From NCBI GenBank assembly GCA_002269645.1, contig NIVC01000649.1, positions 1-64,000 on the forward strand: a DNA stretch of 64,000 nucleotides, written 5' to 3'. Below, one piece after another: positions 35,025-48,145 of this stretch (positions are counted from its first letter, which is position 1; each line of letters begins with the position of its first letter). Source of the DNA: Macrostomum lignano. Lineage: Eukaryota. The position numbers and the translations under genes were made by a program. A model generated the notes under the pieces. That model had not been told where the DNA came from. It was given only the letters and a program-made list of their open reading frames with translations, and made no database searches.

Positions 35025-36375
35025 ACTCCCTGCCACCCCTGCGTCTCACCCCCACTGTACTCTCTGACTGCCACCCTGCGTCTCTCCCCCACTGTACTCT
35101 CTGACTGCCACCCCTGCGTCTCTCCCCCACTGTACTCTCTGACTGCCACCCCTGCGTCTCTCCCCCACTGTACTCTCTGACTGCCACCCCTGCGTCTCTC
35201 CCCCACTGTACTCTCTGACTGCCACCCCTGCGTCTCTCCCCCACTGTACTCTCTGACTGCCACCCCTGCGTCTCTCCCCACTGTACTCTCTGACTGCCAC
35301 CCCTGCGTCTCTCCCCCACTGTACTCTCTGACTGCCACCCTACCCCTCCCCCCCACTGTACTCTCTGGCTGCCACCCTACCCCCCCCACTGTACTCTCTG
35401 GCTGCCACCCCTACCCCCCCACTCTACTCTCTGACTGCCACCCTACCCCTGCCCCCACTGTACTCTCTGAGTGCCACCCCTTCCCGTCCCCCCACTGTAC
35501 TCTCTGACTGCCACCCTACGCCTCCCCCCTCCACTGTACTCTCTGACTGCCACCCCTTCCCGTCCCCCACTGTACTCTCTTCTCTGGCTGCCACCCCTAC
35601 CCCCCCCCACTGTACTCTCTGACTGCCACCCCTTCCCGTCCCCCCACTGTACTCTCTGACTGCCACCCTACCCCTCCCCCTTCCACTGTACTCTCTGACT
35701 GCCACCTCTTCCCGTCTCCCACTGTACTCTCTGGCTGCCACCCCTTCCCGTCCCCCCACTGTACTCTCTGACTGCCACCCTACCCTCCCCCTCCACTGTA
35801 CTCTCTGACTGCCACCCCTTCCCGTCCCCCACTGTACTCTCTGACTGCCACCCTACCCCTCCCCCTTCCACTGTACTCTCTGACTGCCACCTCTTCCCGT
35901 CTCCCACTGTACTCTCTGGCTGCCACCCCTTCCCGTCCCCCCACTGTACTCTCTGACTGCCACCCTACCCCTCCCCCCTCCACTGTACTCTCTGACTGCC
36001 ACCCCTTCCCGTCCCCCCACTGTACTCTCTGACTGCCACCATACCCCTCCCCCCACTGTACTCTCTGGCTGCCACCCTACCCCCCACTGTACTCTCTGGC
36101 TGCCACCCCTACCCCCCACTGTACTCTCTGACTGCCACCCTACCCCTGCCCCCCACTGTACTCTCTGACTGCCACCCCTTCCCGTCCCCCCACTGTACTC
36201 TCTGACTGCCACCCCTTCCCGTCCCCCCACTGTACTCTCTGACTGCCACCCTACGCCTCCCCGCTCCACTGTACTCTCTGACTGCCACCCCTTCCCGTCC
36301 CCCCACTGTACTCTCTGACTGCCACCTCTTCCCGTCTCCCACTGTACTTTCTGGCTGCCACCCCTTCCCGTCCCA
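35025..36375. repeat. About 33-bp C-rich minisatellite (CCCCACTGTACTCTCTGACTGCCACCCC...)
   Basis: Direct inspection. Confidence 0.97.
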
Positions 36376-37274
36376 GAAAGAGAGCAAGTTCTTTGTTATT
36401 TATTTGAAGCTATTTTGGCTTCATCAGCAGGCATTTGTCTTCTTTGTTGTTTTTTCTCCAAAAAGTATTTATTTTTAGCGTTCTGGAGATGAATAAAGTA
36501 ATGATTAAAATACGTTTTTATTAAATTAAAATAATAATATAAGTCCTGAATTTTAATCTCTGTGAAAAGTTGATTTCGAAGAACTTTTGTAATTTCTTCG
36601 TTGATTTATAACAGATCGATTTGTTTTACTCTAAGTGTGACGGTCGCTTTTTAATTTTAGAACCGGCGCAAATTGAAGTTACGTAACTTGGTGTACATAC
36701 GAGTACAAGCCAATAATTCTAGTCGTCGGTCAGTCACGTGACTTACTACTGTACAATGTACATTCTCCCCAGCCTTAGCAGCCATTGAATAGTTTACTAA
36801 CAAAGAATTAAATAACTATATTTATATATGTAAATATATCGCGCAAAAACTACTTTTAGCTGCGGAGTCCAGTAGTGCATCGAGGATAATAATGATTATT
36901 GCTGTATTTCGAATGGTAAAATTAGGTTTAGAAGTACAAACAGTAGCTGGTACTTTGGGGGCGTTTTATTCTGATTGATCGAGACACAATGCGCTAATTC
37001 TGCGGCGTATGGGATACAAAGAGTAGAGGTAGGATTAGGCTTCAATAAAAGTGCTTTCTCTAGAAAACCAACACAGGAGTGGCACACTAATGCTGACTGC
37101 GAAACTGAAATCTGAAACACAATCTGGTTGATAAATCTTCTTTAGATCGAATTCCTCACCTGACTTGCCCTTGGTGTCCGCTTTTTTAATCCTTCATTCC
37201 TCCTTGCCACTTTTGCGACTGAAATCCACCTGCTGCTCTTCATTTTCTCAACTCACTTTCCATCTGGCTGCCCT

Positions 37275-39680
37275 TCCCTCACCATCTCTGTATCTACTCT
37301 CACCATCTCAGTCTCTCCTCTCACCATCTCAGTATCTACTCTCACCATCTCAGTCTCTCCTCTCACCATCTCAGTATCTACTCTCACCATCTCAGTATCT
37401 ACTCTCACCATCTCAGTCTCTCCTCTCACCATCTCAGTATCTACTCTCACCATCTCAGTATCTCCTCTCACCATCTCAGTATCTCCTCTCACCATCTCAG
37501 TATCTACTCTCACCATCTCAGTATCTCCTCTCACCATCTCAGTATCTACTCTCACCATCTCAGTCTCTCCTCTCACCATCTCAGTATCTACTCTCACCAT
37601 CTCAGTATCTCCTCTCACCATCTCAGTATCTACTCTCACCATCTCAGTCTCTCCTCTCACCATCTCAGTATCTACTCTCACCATCTCAGTATCTCCTCTC
37701 TCCATCTCAGTCTCTCCTTTCCATCTCAGTCTCTCCTCTCCATCTCAGTCTCTCCTCTCCATCGCAGTCTCTCCTCTTCATCTCAGTCTCATCTCTCAAT
37801 CTCAGTATCTCCTCTCTCCATCTCAGTATCTACTCTCTCCATCCCAGTCTCTCCTCTCCATCTCAGTCTCTCCTCTCCATCGCAGTCTCTCCTCTTCATC
37901 TCAGTCTCATCTCTCAATCTCAGTATCTCCTCTCTCCATCTCAGTATCTACTCTCTCCATCCCAGTCTCTCCTCTTCATCTCAGTCTCATCTCTCAATCT
38001 CAGTATCTCCTCTCTCCATCTCAGTATATGCTCTCTCCATCTCAGTATCTCCTCTCACCGTCTCAGTCTCTCCTCTCACCATCTCAGTATCTACTCTCAC
38101 CATCTCAGTATCTCCTCTCTCCATCTCAGTCTCTCCTTTCCATCTCAGTCTCTCCTCTCCATCTCAGTCTCTCCTCTCCATCGCAGTCTCTCCTCTTCAT
38201 CTCAGTCTCATCTCTCAATCTCAGTATCTCCTCTCTCCATCTCAGTATCTCCTCTCTCCATCTCAGTCTCTCCTATCCATCCCAGTCTCTCCTCTCCATC
38301 TCAGTCTCTCCTCTCCATCGCAGTCTTTCCTCTTCATCTCAGTCTCATCTCTCAATCTCAGTATCTCCTCTCTCCATCTCAGTATCTACTCTCTCCATCT
38401 CAGTATCTCCTCTCTCCATCTCAGTATCTACTCTCCATCTCAGTATATACTCTCTCCATCTCAGTATCTCCTCTCTCCATCTCATTATCTACTCTCCATC
38501 TCAGTATCGCCTCTCTCCATCTCAGTCTCTCCTCTCCATCTCAGTCTCTTCTCTCCATCTCAGTCTCTCCTCTTCATCTCAGTCTCATCTCTCTATCTTA
38601 GTATCTCCTCTCTCCATCTCAGTCTCTCCTCTCCATTTCAGGCTCTCCTCTCCATTTCAGTCTCTCCTCCCCATCTCAGTCTCTCCTCTCCATCTCGGTC
38701 TCCTCTCTCCATCTCAGTATCTACTCTACATCTCAGTATCTACTCTCACCATCTCAGTATCTCCTCTCTCCATCTCATATCGCCTCTCTCCATCTCAGTC
38801 TCTCCTCTCCATTTCAGTCTCTCCTCTCCATCTCAGTCACTCCTCTCCATCTCAGTGTCTCCTCTTCATCTCAGTCTCATCTCTCAATCTCAGTATCTCC
38901 TCTCTCCATCTCAGTATCTACTCTCTCCATCTCAGTATCTCCTCTCTCCATCTCAGTATCTACTCTCCATCTCAGTATATACTCTCTCCATCTCAGTATC
39001 TCCTCTCTCCATCTCATTATCTACTCTCCATCTCAGTATCGCCTCTCTCCATCTCAGTCTCTCCTCTCCATCTCAGTCTCTTCTCTCCATCTCAGTATCT
39101 ACTCTTTATCTTAGTATATACTCTCTTCATCTTAGTATCTCCTCTCTCCATCTCAGTCTCTCCTATCCATCTCAGTCTCTCCAATCCATCTGAGTCTCTC
39201 CTATCCATCTCAGTCTCTCCTCTTCATCTCAGTATCTCCTCTCTCCATCTCAGTATCTACTCTCTATCTCAGTATATACTCTCTTCATCTTAGTATCGCC
39301 TCTCTCCATCTCAGTCTCTCCTCTCCATTTCAGTCTCTCCTCCCCATCTCAGTCTCTCCTCTCCATCTCAGTCTCTCCTCTTCATCTCAGTCTCATCTCT
39401 CAATCTCAGTATCTCCTCTCTCCATCTCAGTATCTACTCTCCATCTCAGTATCTCCTCTCTCCATCTCAGTATCGCCTCTCTCCATCCCAGTCTCTCCTC
39501 TCCATTTCAGTCTCTCCTCTCCATCTCAGTCTCTCCTCTCCATCTCAGTGTCTTATCCCTCAATCTCAGTATCTCCTCTCTCCATCTCAGTATCTACTCT
39601 CTTCATTGAGTAACTATTCTATGTCTCAGTCTCTCCTCTCCACCTCAGTCTCCCCTCTTCTCCACTTCAGTCTCCGCTCT
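37275..39680. repeat. Complex pyrimidine-rich minisatellite (CTCTCCATCTCAGTATCT, about 21-bp core)
   Basis: Direct inspection. It explains the LLSPSQY ORFs. Confidence 0.95.
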
Positions 39681-39729
39681 CTCCATCTCTTATTCTCCCC
39701 CTTCTACAGGCACTCAGCCAGTCAGCCAG

Positions 39730-42700
39730 TCAGTTCATATCCTCAGACGGCATCTGAGCTCCCAACTCAACCGTTTCCATCACGGAGCTGCCGCAAAACG
39801 TACTGCTCCGGCTGCCGTCCCAATCGTCCTCATTCCGCAGGGAGTCGGCCGCAGCCTGAGCATCCATGTTGGTGCTCAGCTGCACCCCCAGGATCTTGCC
39901 AGCCGACTGTGCTGGTAAGGCGCCGTTCGCTCCGAAGTTTAGCAGCCGTTCGACTGGGACAATGGCCATGAGATCGCTTGAATTAGGGCAGGATTTCTCA
40001 ACTAGGATGACGAATAGTTGGGAGTTGGCCGGTCCTGCATCCAGGATGTCGTTGGCCGCCACGCGGAGTCCAGCGTACCGGATTCGATCCTGGGCCTCCA
40101 GTAGCCATTCCGATTTGGCTGGCTCTGCGGGCGTCGCGGTGCCAGCTAGTCACTATTCTGGTCACTGTTCTGGTCACTCTTCTGGTCACTCTTCTGGTCA
40201 CTCTTCTGGTCACTCTTCTGGGTACTGTTCTGGTCACTCTTCTGGGTACTGTTCTGGTCACTCTTCTGGGTACTGTTCTGGTCACTCTTCTCGTCACTGT
40301 TCTGGTCACTCTTCTCGTCACTGTTCTGGTCACTCTTCTGGTCACTTTTTTGGTTACTGTTCTGGGTACAGTTCTGGTCACTCTTCTGGGTACTGTTCTG
40401 GTCACTCTTCTGGGTACTGTTCTGGTCACTCTTCTCGTCACTGTTCTGGTCACTCTTCTCGTCACTGTTCTGGTCACTCTTCTGGTCACTTTTTTGGTTA
40501 CTGTTCTGGGTACAGTTCTGGTCACTCTTCTGGGTACTGTTCTGGTCACTCTTCTGGGTACTGTTCTGGTCACTCTTCTCGTCACTGTTCTGGTCACTCT
40601 TCTCGTCACTGTTCTGGTCACTCTTCTCGTCACTGTTCTGGTCACTCTTCTCGTCACTGTTCTGGTCACTCTTCTGGTCTCTTTTTTGGTTACTGTTCTG
40701 GGTACAGTTCTGGTCACTCTTCTGGGTACTGTTCTGGTCACTCTTCTGGGTACTGTTCTGGTCACTCTTCTGGGTACTGTTCTGGTCACTCTTCTGGTCA
40801 CTGTTCTGGTCACTGTTCTGGTCACTCTTATATCACTCTTCTGGTCACTCTTTTGGTCACTCTTATATCACTCTTCTGGTCGCTCTTCTGGTTACTCTTT
40901 TGTTCACTCTTCTCGTCACTCTTTTCGGCACTGTTCTGGTCACTCTTCTCGTCACTCTTCTGGTTAATCTTCTAGTACATGTACGTAATCACTTTTCAAG
41001 TTACTCTACTAGTAACTTGGTCTGCAACTGATCAATCTTTTGGTCACTCTTCATGGTCAATATTTTCACTCAGTTATTTTGTCACTCAAATAAACCGGCG
41101 TCACTCACCGGTATAGAGCACCGGGTGCAGTCCGTACCACATGTTCAACCCGCGACACAGCGCCTCGTCTCGGCACACGCACAGCACTGGACAAGGCGGC
41201 CGGAACATCGCAGTCAGGCGAGGCAGCTCGGCGTGGTCGGTGGCCACTAAGATGGCTGCGGCCCGGCAACGCACGGCGGCTTCGCAGGCCGCCATGGCGC
41301 TGCTGTGCAAGGGACCGGCGGCCGCTGGCGCCAGAGGCTGTCGGCGGAGCCGCTGCAGGTGCTGGCCCGGCTGTAGGCTGGCCTCGGCTTCTCGACAGAT
41401 CTGCGGCGGCAAGCAAGATTTTTTGTCATCGTTTATTGGCATAGCTAGGTTTAATTTTGTTATAATGGGTGGCGTCATTCAAATTCGATTTTGTTTTAAT
41501 TTGTTGGTTTATTTAGTCAAGACTTCTTATTAATTGGTATTCGGTAACGATCTTTAATTAATTAATTTACAAATGATTTTAATTATTTTTGTTGGTAATA
41601 AGTTTTTCAGCTAAGGTATTTTTATACTTTGTAGCTATATGTATTATATAGTTTCGATTTAAAAAAAGCTTTATTTCGCTCAAATTTTTGTTCTAATTGG
41701 TTCCTACATTCAGCTACGATTTGTTTGAATTATAGTGGGAAATTCGCAGCAACGATTTGTTTATAATTGGTAGGTTAATTTTAATAATATTATGTTATTT
41801 ATTGATAGAATTTTTGAACGTCTATTCTGTATTAATTTATTAATTGGGTTTATTCAGCTACTTTTTATAAATGGTAGATTTATTCAACTTCGATTTCGTT
41901 TTACTTTTTCGCATATTTACCTATGGTTTTGTACTGAATAATGATTGGTAATAGTTTATTTAGCAATTCGAACTTATAGTATCAATAATTTTATTTTTAT
42001 AGGTGATTTTTAGTTCTGAAGACCATTTTTAGTATACGGATTTATTATCATTGGTAGATTTATTCAGGTTTGATTTTTTAGATTAGTAGGTTTATATTTC
42101 GTCCCATTTAACGCCATTTTTATTTTAACTATTAGCCAGTAGGAATAATTCAGCAATGAATTACTTGCGTTTGCGTTTATAATTAGTAATGTTTATTTTA
42201 ACCTTACAAGCATGTTTTAATAAGTAATAATTAACAATAATTATATAATACTTGGTATCTCGCTTTTAAGCAACAAATTTGTTTTAATTTGTAGGTTTAT
42301 TATAGCCCAAGGTGGTTTTGTTTTAAGTATTGCATTTATTGTAGCTACGGTTTTCTATTTCTATTTATAACTGCATGGAAGGTTTTATTGTGCATTCATT
42401 TCAGCAGCTGCATACATCTGACGTGTTTCATGCTTCGTGAGCAAAATAATAACAGCAAAGCTAAAGTCAACTCTCTAAAAAAGATGTACGGCAGTCGACC
42501 GCAGGAAGACAAACAAAAATATGCTTCTCTTGAAAAAGTACAATTTCGCATGCAGGTTTCTCTTTGTTCCAAATCTGTGGCAGTTAAAAAAGCTGTTAGA
42601 CTGAGTTAACTCCGGATGTGTGTTTCTAATTTGCTTTTAATGCTTTTTTTTACTCGTTCTTAGCATTTTTCTCTTTTGTTTGGAGATAAAAGCTGTTTTT

Positions 42701-45700
42701 TACAATAAAGCCATCACCCGACTGTCTGCACACCTGTCACATCCCCGCTTAACTGTGTCCATTTTAATTAGATAGGCTCGCTTAAAATCTGCAGCATCTC
42801 CACAATCCGTAAAGCACTATCTGATGCCAGCAGATCCTCACGATCTATTTCTAGATTCTCACTCCATCTCCAAAACACTACAATCTCACTCCAAACACTA
42901 AAATCTCACTCCAAACACTACAATCTCACTCCAAACACTACAATCTCACTCCAAACGCTACAATCTCACTCCAAACACTAAAATCTCACTCCAAACACTA
43001 CAATCTCACTCCAAACACTACAATCTCACTCCAAATACTACAATCTCACTCCAAACACTACAATCTCACTCCAAACACTACAATCTCACTCCAAACACTA
43101 CAATCTCACTCCAAACACTACAATCTCACTCCAAACACTACAATCTCAGTCGAAACACTATAATCTCACTCGAAGCACTACAATCTCACTCCAAACACTA
43201 CAATCTCACTCCAAACACTACAATCTCACTCCAAATACTACAATCTCACTCCAAACACTACAATCTCACTCCAAACACTACAATCTCACTCCAAACACTA
43301 CAATCTCACTCCAAACACTACAATCTCACTCCAAACACTACAATCTCACTCCAAACACTACAATCTCAGTCGAAACACTATAATCTCACTCGAAGCACTA
43401 CAATCTCACTCCAAACACTACAATCTCAGTCGAAACACTATAATCTCACTCGAAGCACTACAATCTCACTCCAAACGCTAGAATCTCACTCCTTTTCTTA
43501 TAATTTCGCTTAGAACGCTAGAATCTCACTCTGAAATCTACAATCTCAGTCCAAACATTATCATCCCACACCTTATCTTGAAATTCTTCTTTTAATTCCC
43601 AGAATCCATTGTCAACAGAAAGCTTCACAATGACCACACCTTAGTAAGGGTGCGCACCGCTTCAACCGGGTATTTGCCAATGGCTGTCTCCCCGACAGCA
43701 TCAGGCAGTCGACGCCATCAAGCACCGCATTAGCAACGTCGGAAGCTTCGGCTCGAGTCGGCCTCGGCCTCATCAGCATGCTGTTGAGCAGGTGGGTGGC
43801 GCAGATTGAAGCCTTCGCCGAGGTGCTGCACACCGCTGTGATTCGCTTCTGCACGGCAAATACCTGAAACGGAATTTTTAATTCGATTAGAACCAGGTTC
43901 GCAGCCATGAGGGCCGGTCCCCAAGGCACAGAGAGCTTACATGCCTGATGGTTAGACAGTCAGGGCCGTAGTACACTCTAAGTGAGCGCTTGTATGAGTT
44001 CGTGCCTGCGTACAGTATGGGCCAGCACCAAGGGGCTTTAGCACCAAGGGGCTTTAGCACCAAGGGGCTTTAGCACCAAGGGGCTTTAGCACCAAGGGGC
44101 TTTAGCACCAAGGGGCTTTAGCACCAAGGGGCTTTAGCACCAAGGGGCGCCAGCACCAAGGGGCTTTAGCACCAAGGGGCTTTAGCACCAAGGGGCTTTA
44201 GCACCAAGGGGCGCCAGCACCAAGGGGCTTTAGCACCAAGGGGCGCCAGCACCAAGGGGCGCCAGCACCAAGGGGCGCCAGCACCAAGGGGCGCCAGCAC
44301 CAAGGGGCGCCAGCACCAAGAGGCGCCAGCACCAAGGGGCGCCAGCACCAAGGGGCGCCAGCACCAAGGGGCGCCAACCTAGCGCTGTGTAGGGAGCACC
44401 GCAAATTTGTCCAGCCTATTTCGGAGGCAGGATGAGGCACCCCTGCATCCCTCTCTAGCTATGGCTCCGATGAGGCTAGGAAGAGCGTATCTCACACCCT
44501 CGCCTTTGATTCCCTCAACCTCAGGCAGTGCTTGTATTGAGTCCCAGCATTTCTAGTAGGGGCAGTCGGACTCACACACGAAAAAAAATGTCTAAAACCT
44601 AATGAAAATTGCCTGTAAAAACGTTTGAAGATGCTCTTACCTTTGATCTTTCTTAGTTTCCTTTAGAACTGTTCCTCTTAAATAGCCGTATAGAAAATAA
44701 CGGTTATTACGTCTAGCAAAATTATGGAAACGCAAAATTAGATATTTATGATTGCCTAACCTAAACACAGAGCAGCTTACTCGACATAAGTAACGCTGCG
44801 TTTTTCTGTTCTTTTCAAAAAGCAATTTCTATTCTGAGCTGAACCAGCCACTCGCTTGGAGGGGAAATTCGGCGGTTTCCTGTGGGAGCTCGCAGTCGGG
44901 ATTCTTCTGCCCGTGTCTGAGGCAGTCGGTCACGCCATTTTCCCTTGTACTCTGTGGCCTCAATTGCAATGATGGAGCACGAGCACTGCTAACACTCATT
45001 TTTATCACTCTAATCATGCCACTCTTCTCATGTCACTCTTCTCATGTCACTCTTCTCATGTCACTCTTCTCATGTCACTCTTCTCATGTCGCTCTTCTCG
45101 TGTCACTTTTCTCATGTCACTCTTCTCATGTCACTCTTCTCATGTCACTCTTCTCATGTCACTCTTCTCATGTCACTCTTCTCATGTCACTCTTCTCATG
45201 TCACTGTAACCAATGTCAATCTAATCAATTTCACTCTCTTTATGTCACTCATCTTCAACTCCATCATTTCAATTCTCATCATCTCAAATCCCAAATCTCA
45301 CTCCATAGGGGCCCGCACAATGAAAAAAACTAATTGCTTGCAACTCATCAGCATTACTGTAGGCGTTTAGCTCATATTTCTCATCAGCTTGGATGAGTAG
45401 GTGGCGAAGGCAGACTTGAAATCAACCCCGACATCTTTCAAAGCTTCTTGTGTGGCAGTCTGTTATTTTTCAATCTAACTTCTTTTATCCGCCCACTTGG
45501 ATCAGCCCACGGCATGGCTAATTAAATACGGTAATAGCAACTGCTCCTGTCTTCACCTGGACATCCCTGTCTTAACCTGGACATCCGTATCTTAACCTGG
45601 ACATCCCTGTCTTAACCTCCTGTCTTAACCTGTACACCCCTGTCTTATTTTGGACACCCGTGTCTTAACCTGAAGACTCCTGTTCTAACGGCCTGGACAT

Positions 45701-46949
45701 CCCTGTCTTAACCTGGACATCCCTGTCTTAACCTGGATAACCCTGTCTTAACCTGGACACTCCTGTCTTAATCTGGAGACTCCTGTTCTAACCTGGACAC
45801 TTTTTTCTTAATTTGGACCCTCCTGTCTACACCTGGACACCCCTGTCTTACGACTTATCCTTTAAAGTGGAAACCCTTGACTCAACTTGAGCATCCAGTC
45901 TTGAATTGGACACCCCAGTCTCAACCTAGACGTATCCCGACACTTCGATCGTGGAGATCGGGTGTCAACTTGGATATCGGACCACATTCACCAGCGAATT
46001 GCCAGCAACAAACCTTCTCTTGGGGTAGCTCGCACCCCAAGTCGCCGCGTGCCACCAAAACGCCGTCGGCTTCAACTAGAATCTCCTCCAGCGCCTGTAG
46101 GCCTCTGGCGTCGCCAATTTTGGCGACGACAAGCGGCGGTGGCCGACCGTCAGCCGTGGCCGCTTGGCGCAGCCGTCGCACCGTCTCGGCGCTGCGCACA
46201 AACGAACCCATGACGATGCCAATCCTCGCCAAAGAATCGTCGCCCGAGTCGGATGCCAGAGCCGCTAGATCGTCGAGATCGCGCTGGGAGACCTCAGGCA
46301 TGCCGGTGTCCACCCCGGGCAGGCAGACGCACCGGGCGGCGCCCAGCTGGCCTCCGACGATCACCAGGCAGTCCACGGCCGAGTCAGCCGGTCGCGGCGA
46401 CTCGACACGCAGCTCCAGCAGTCCGTCGTCGATGTACACAGCTTGGCCAGGCTGTACAATCTTGGCGAAGTTGTCAAAATCGACCCACAGTCGAGTTGAC
46501 GTGATGGGCTGTGCAGCTCCAGTTGGTGAGCAGTCGATGGTCACGAGGCTGTCAGTCTCCAGATTCACAGTGTCCGTCAGCTTGCCATGTTCCGGTAGGG
46601 CGCCAGTTCGAATCTCAGATCCGCGAGTGTCCACCGCCACGCCCAGCGGCTTGTGCTGCCAAGTGGAGACCTCCGGATCGTCGCGGAGTTTCTCCTCGGC
46701 TTCGGCGATTAGTTTCAACGCTCGACGATGCTCTTCTAAGGTGCCATGACACAGGTTGAGCCGGGCAATGTCCATGCCGGCTTGGACCATCTCGGCGATG
46801 ACTTTGGCGCTCCAGCTGGCGGGGCCGATGGTGCACATGATGCCGGTGCCCGTGGTCTTGGCTGGGCTGGTGTCCACGTCCAGGCTGCACGCCTGTTGTA
46901 GGGCGGTGCGGAACGAACAGGCGTGGGTGTTGCTGCTGTTGCTGGCCAT
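39730..46949 (-). CDS. Pyruvate kinase-like protein, 4 exons, about 622 aa, with divergent active site and a 1-bp frameshift at 43690-43693
   Basis: Exons on the minus strand: 46949-46014, 43863-43640, 41400-41109, 40145-39730. PK motifs [56 protein letters not shown] and MLSG(E)TA. Exon 2 is 224 nt and needs one extra G in a G-run to read [14 protein letters not shown]. Confidence 0.9.
40150..40970. repeat. 12-bp-based minisatellite (GGTCACTCTTCT / GGGTACTGTTCT) in PK intron 3
   Basis: Direct inspection. It abuts the acceptor at 40146-40147. Confidence 0.96.
42885..43560. repeat. 20-bp minisatellite (CTACAATCTCACTCCAAACA) in PK intron 2
   Basis: Direct inspection. Confidence 0.97.
44023..44377. 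repeat. 16-bp minisatellite (AGCACCAAGGGGCTTT / AGCACCAAGGGGCGCC) in PK intron 1
   Basis: Direct inspection. The two variant blocks are polarised along the array. Confidence 0.97.
45016..45205. repeat. 14-bp minisatellite (TGTCACTCTTCTCA) in PK intron 1
   Basis: Direct inspection. Confidence 0.95.
45360..45500 (-). mobile_element. Possible non-LTR reverse transcriptase remnant
   Basis: Minus-strand peptide [17 protein letters not shown] resembles RT motif A (vDFxxAFDxv..kL). It is short and not extendable by eye. Confidence 0.3.
45555..45850. repeat. About 21-bp degenerate array (CTGTCTTAACCTGGACAYCC) in PK intron 1
   Basis: Direct inspection. Confidence 0.9.
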
Positions 46950-47819
46950 GCTGCTGATTGACTGCCCAGTGCTCAGAAGTTTACTGCGAATTTTAACCAT
47001 CCGATGAGTTTTGGCATTTGTTAGCATATAAATTGATATTCAACGTCATAAATATAGTTATTTGTCTGTGGCCAAAGCATGACCAAGACTTCTTATTTTC
47101 AGTTGGAACATGAGACTCCTTAAAATAGAAAGTGGACTGTTAGCAACTTTCAATCAGCTACTTTCAATCAGGTCCTAGCGCGTGACAACGATTATCTGGC
47201 CAGCGCCACATGACAAGCCTTGTTTCTTGGAGTCCAAAAGAACAGTAAAAATGTTTACTTCATTGATTTTGCGCGTGCTTATGGCAGAGCTCACGTGCTT
47301 CGGAATTCTTGCTTTACTAGGCAAGGCACTGACGTCAGTTGCTAAAAATAGATCTCACGTGATTTCCAACAAGGAGTTCAGCTTCAGTTTGCTAAATTAT
47401 CCAAGTTTCCAAATCTGACATTGTCCCACTTATGTTCTCGCGTCAAACCCAGACTTCTAAGTCTGACCCCAGGCTAACACTGCCCAGCTCCCACTCACTT
47501 TTGAGCCCGGCAGGATCTGCTGACTGATCGTCTGCAATCGTACATCTGCACCAAGTGCTGATTTCGCTCGTCTTATTAATTTCGTTCCGACGGGAAGCTC
47601 ACCTCACCGAAGACTGAGACCCGAAGGGACTGGTGGCAGTAACTATACCTGCGCTACTAGAAAGGCTTCTAATACGGGGATGGAGACCTTGGTCAACTAT
47701 ACTCACGTTGCCTGAGAAGTGCAGATACAAGACTCGTAGAAGCCGAACCCTCCAAGAAAATCCTAAACACTTCAGGATGTTTTGCAGACTACGAGTAGTT
47801 TTGTCTTTCCTCCACCCGT

Positions 47820-48145
47820 TAGACAGACACCCACCTCACTTCCAACCTAATCATTTCTCACCACCCCATTTCTTCTCATTTCCTTTCGGTGCACTCCTGT
47901 CCACCGGGAAGACACCCACCTCACTCCCAGCCCAAGCTATCGCACCCACCACCCCATTTCTTATTATTGCCTTTCGGTGCACTCCTGTCCACCGGGAAGA
48001 CCCCCACCTCACTCCCAGCATAAGCTATCGCACCCACCACCCCATTTCTTATCATTGGCCTTGCTCTGGACTCCTTCCCACAAACAGACACCCACCTCAC
48101 TCCCAGCCCCAACTATCGCCCACCACCCCATTTCTTATCATCGCT
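47820..48145. repeat. About 88-bp direct repeats (3-4 degenerate copies)
   Basis: CACCCACCTCACTCCCAGC and GCTATCGCACCCACCACCCCATTTCTTAT recur. Confidence 0.85.

Noticed and set aside
36896-37260. Short unique segment and 74-aa ORF between two arrays
   Set aside because: No domain similarity or consistent splice frame found; may be 3' UTR of the PK-like gene.
45877-46749. 290-aa plus-strand ORF opposite PK exon 1 (and the 144-aa ORF opposite the tetraspanin)
   Set aside because: Antisense shadows of GC-rich coding sequence.
46981-46990. TTACTGCGAA, a short resemblance to a flatworm spliced-leader sequence
   Set aside because: Only about 10 nt, with no SL 3' ATG/GT donor or Sm site; not an SL RNA gene.
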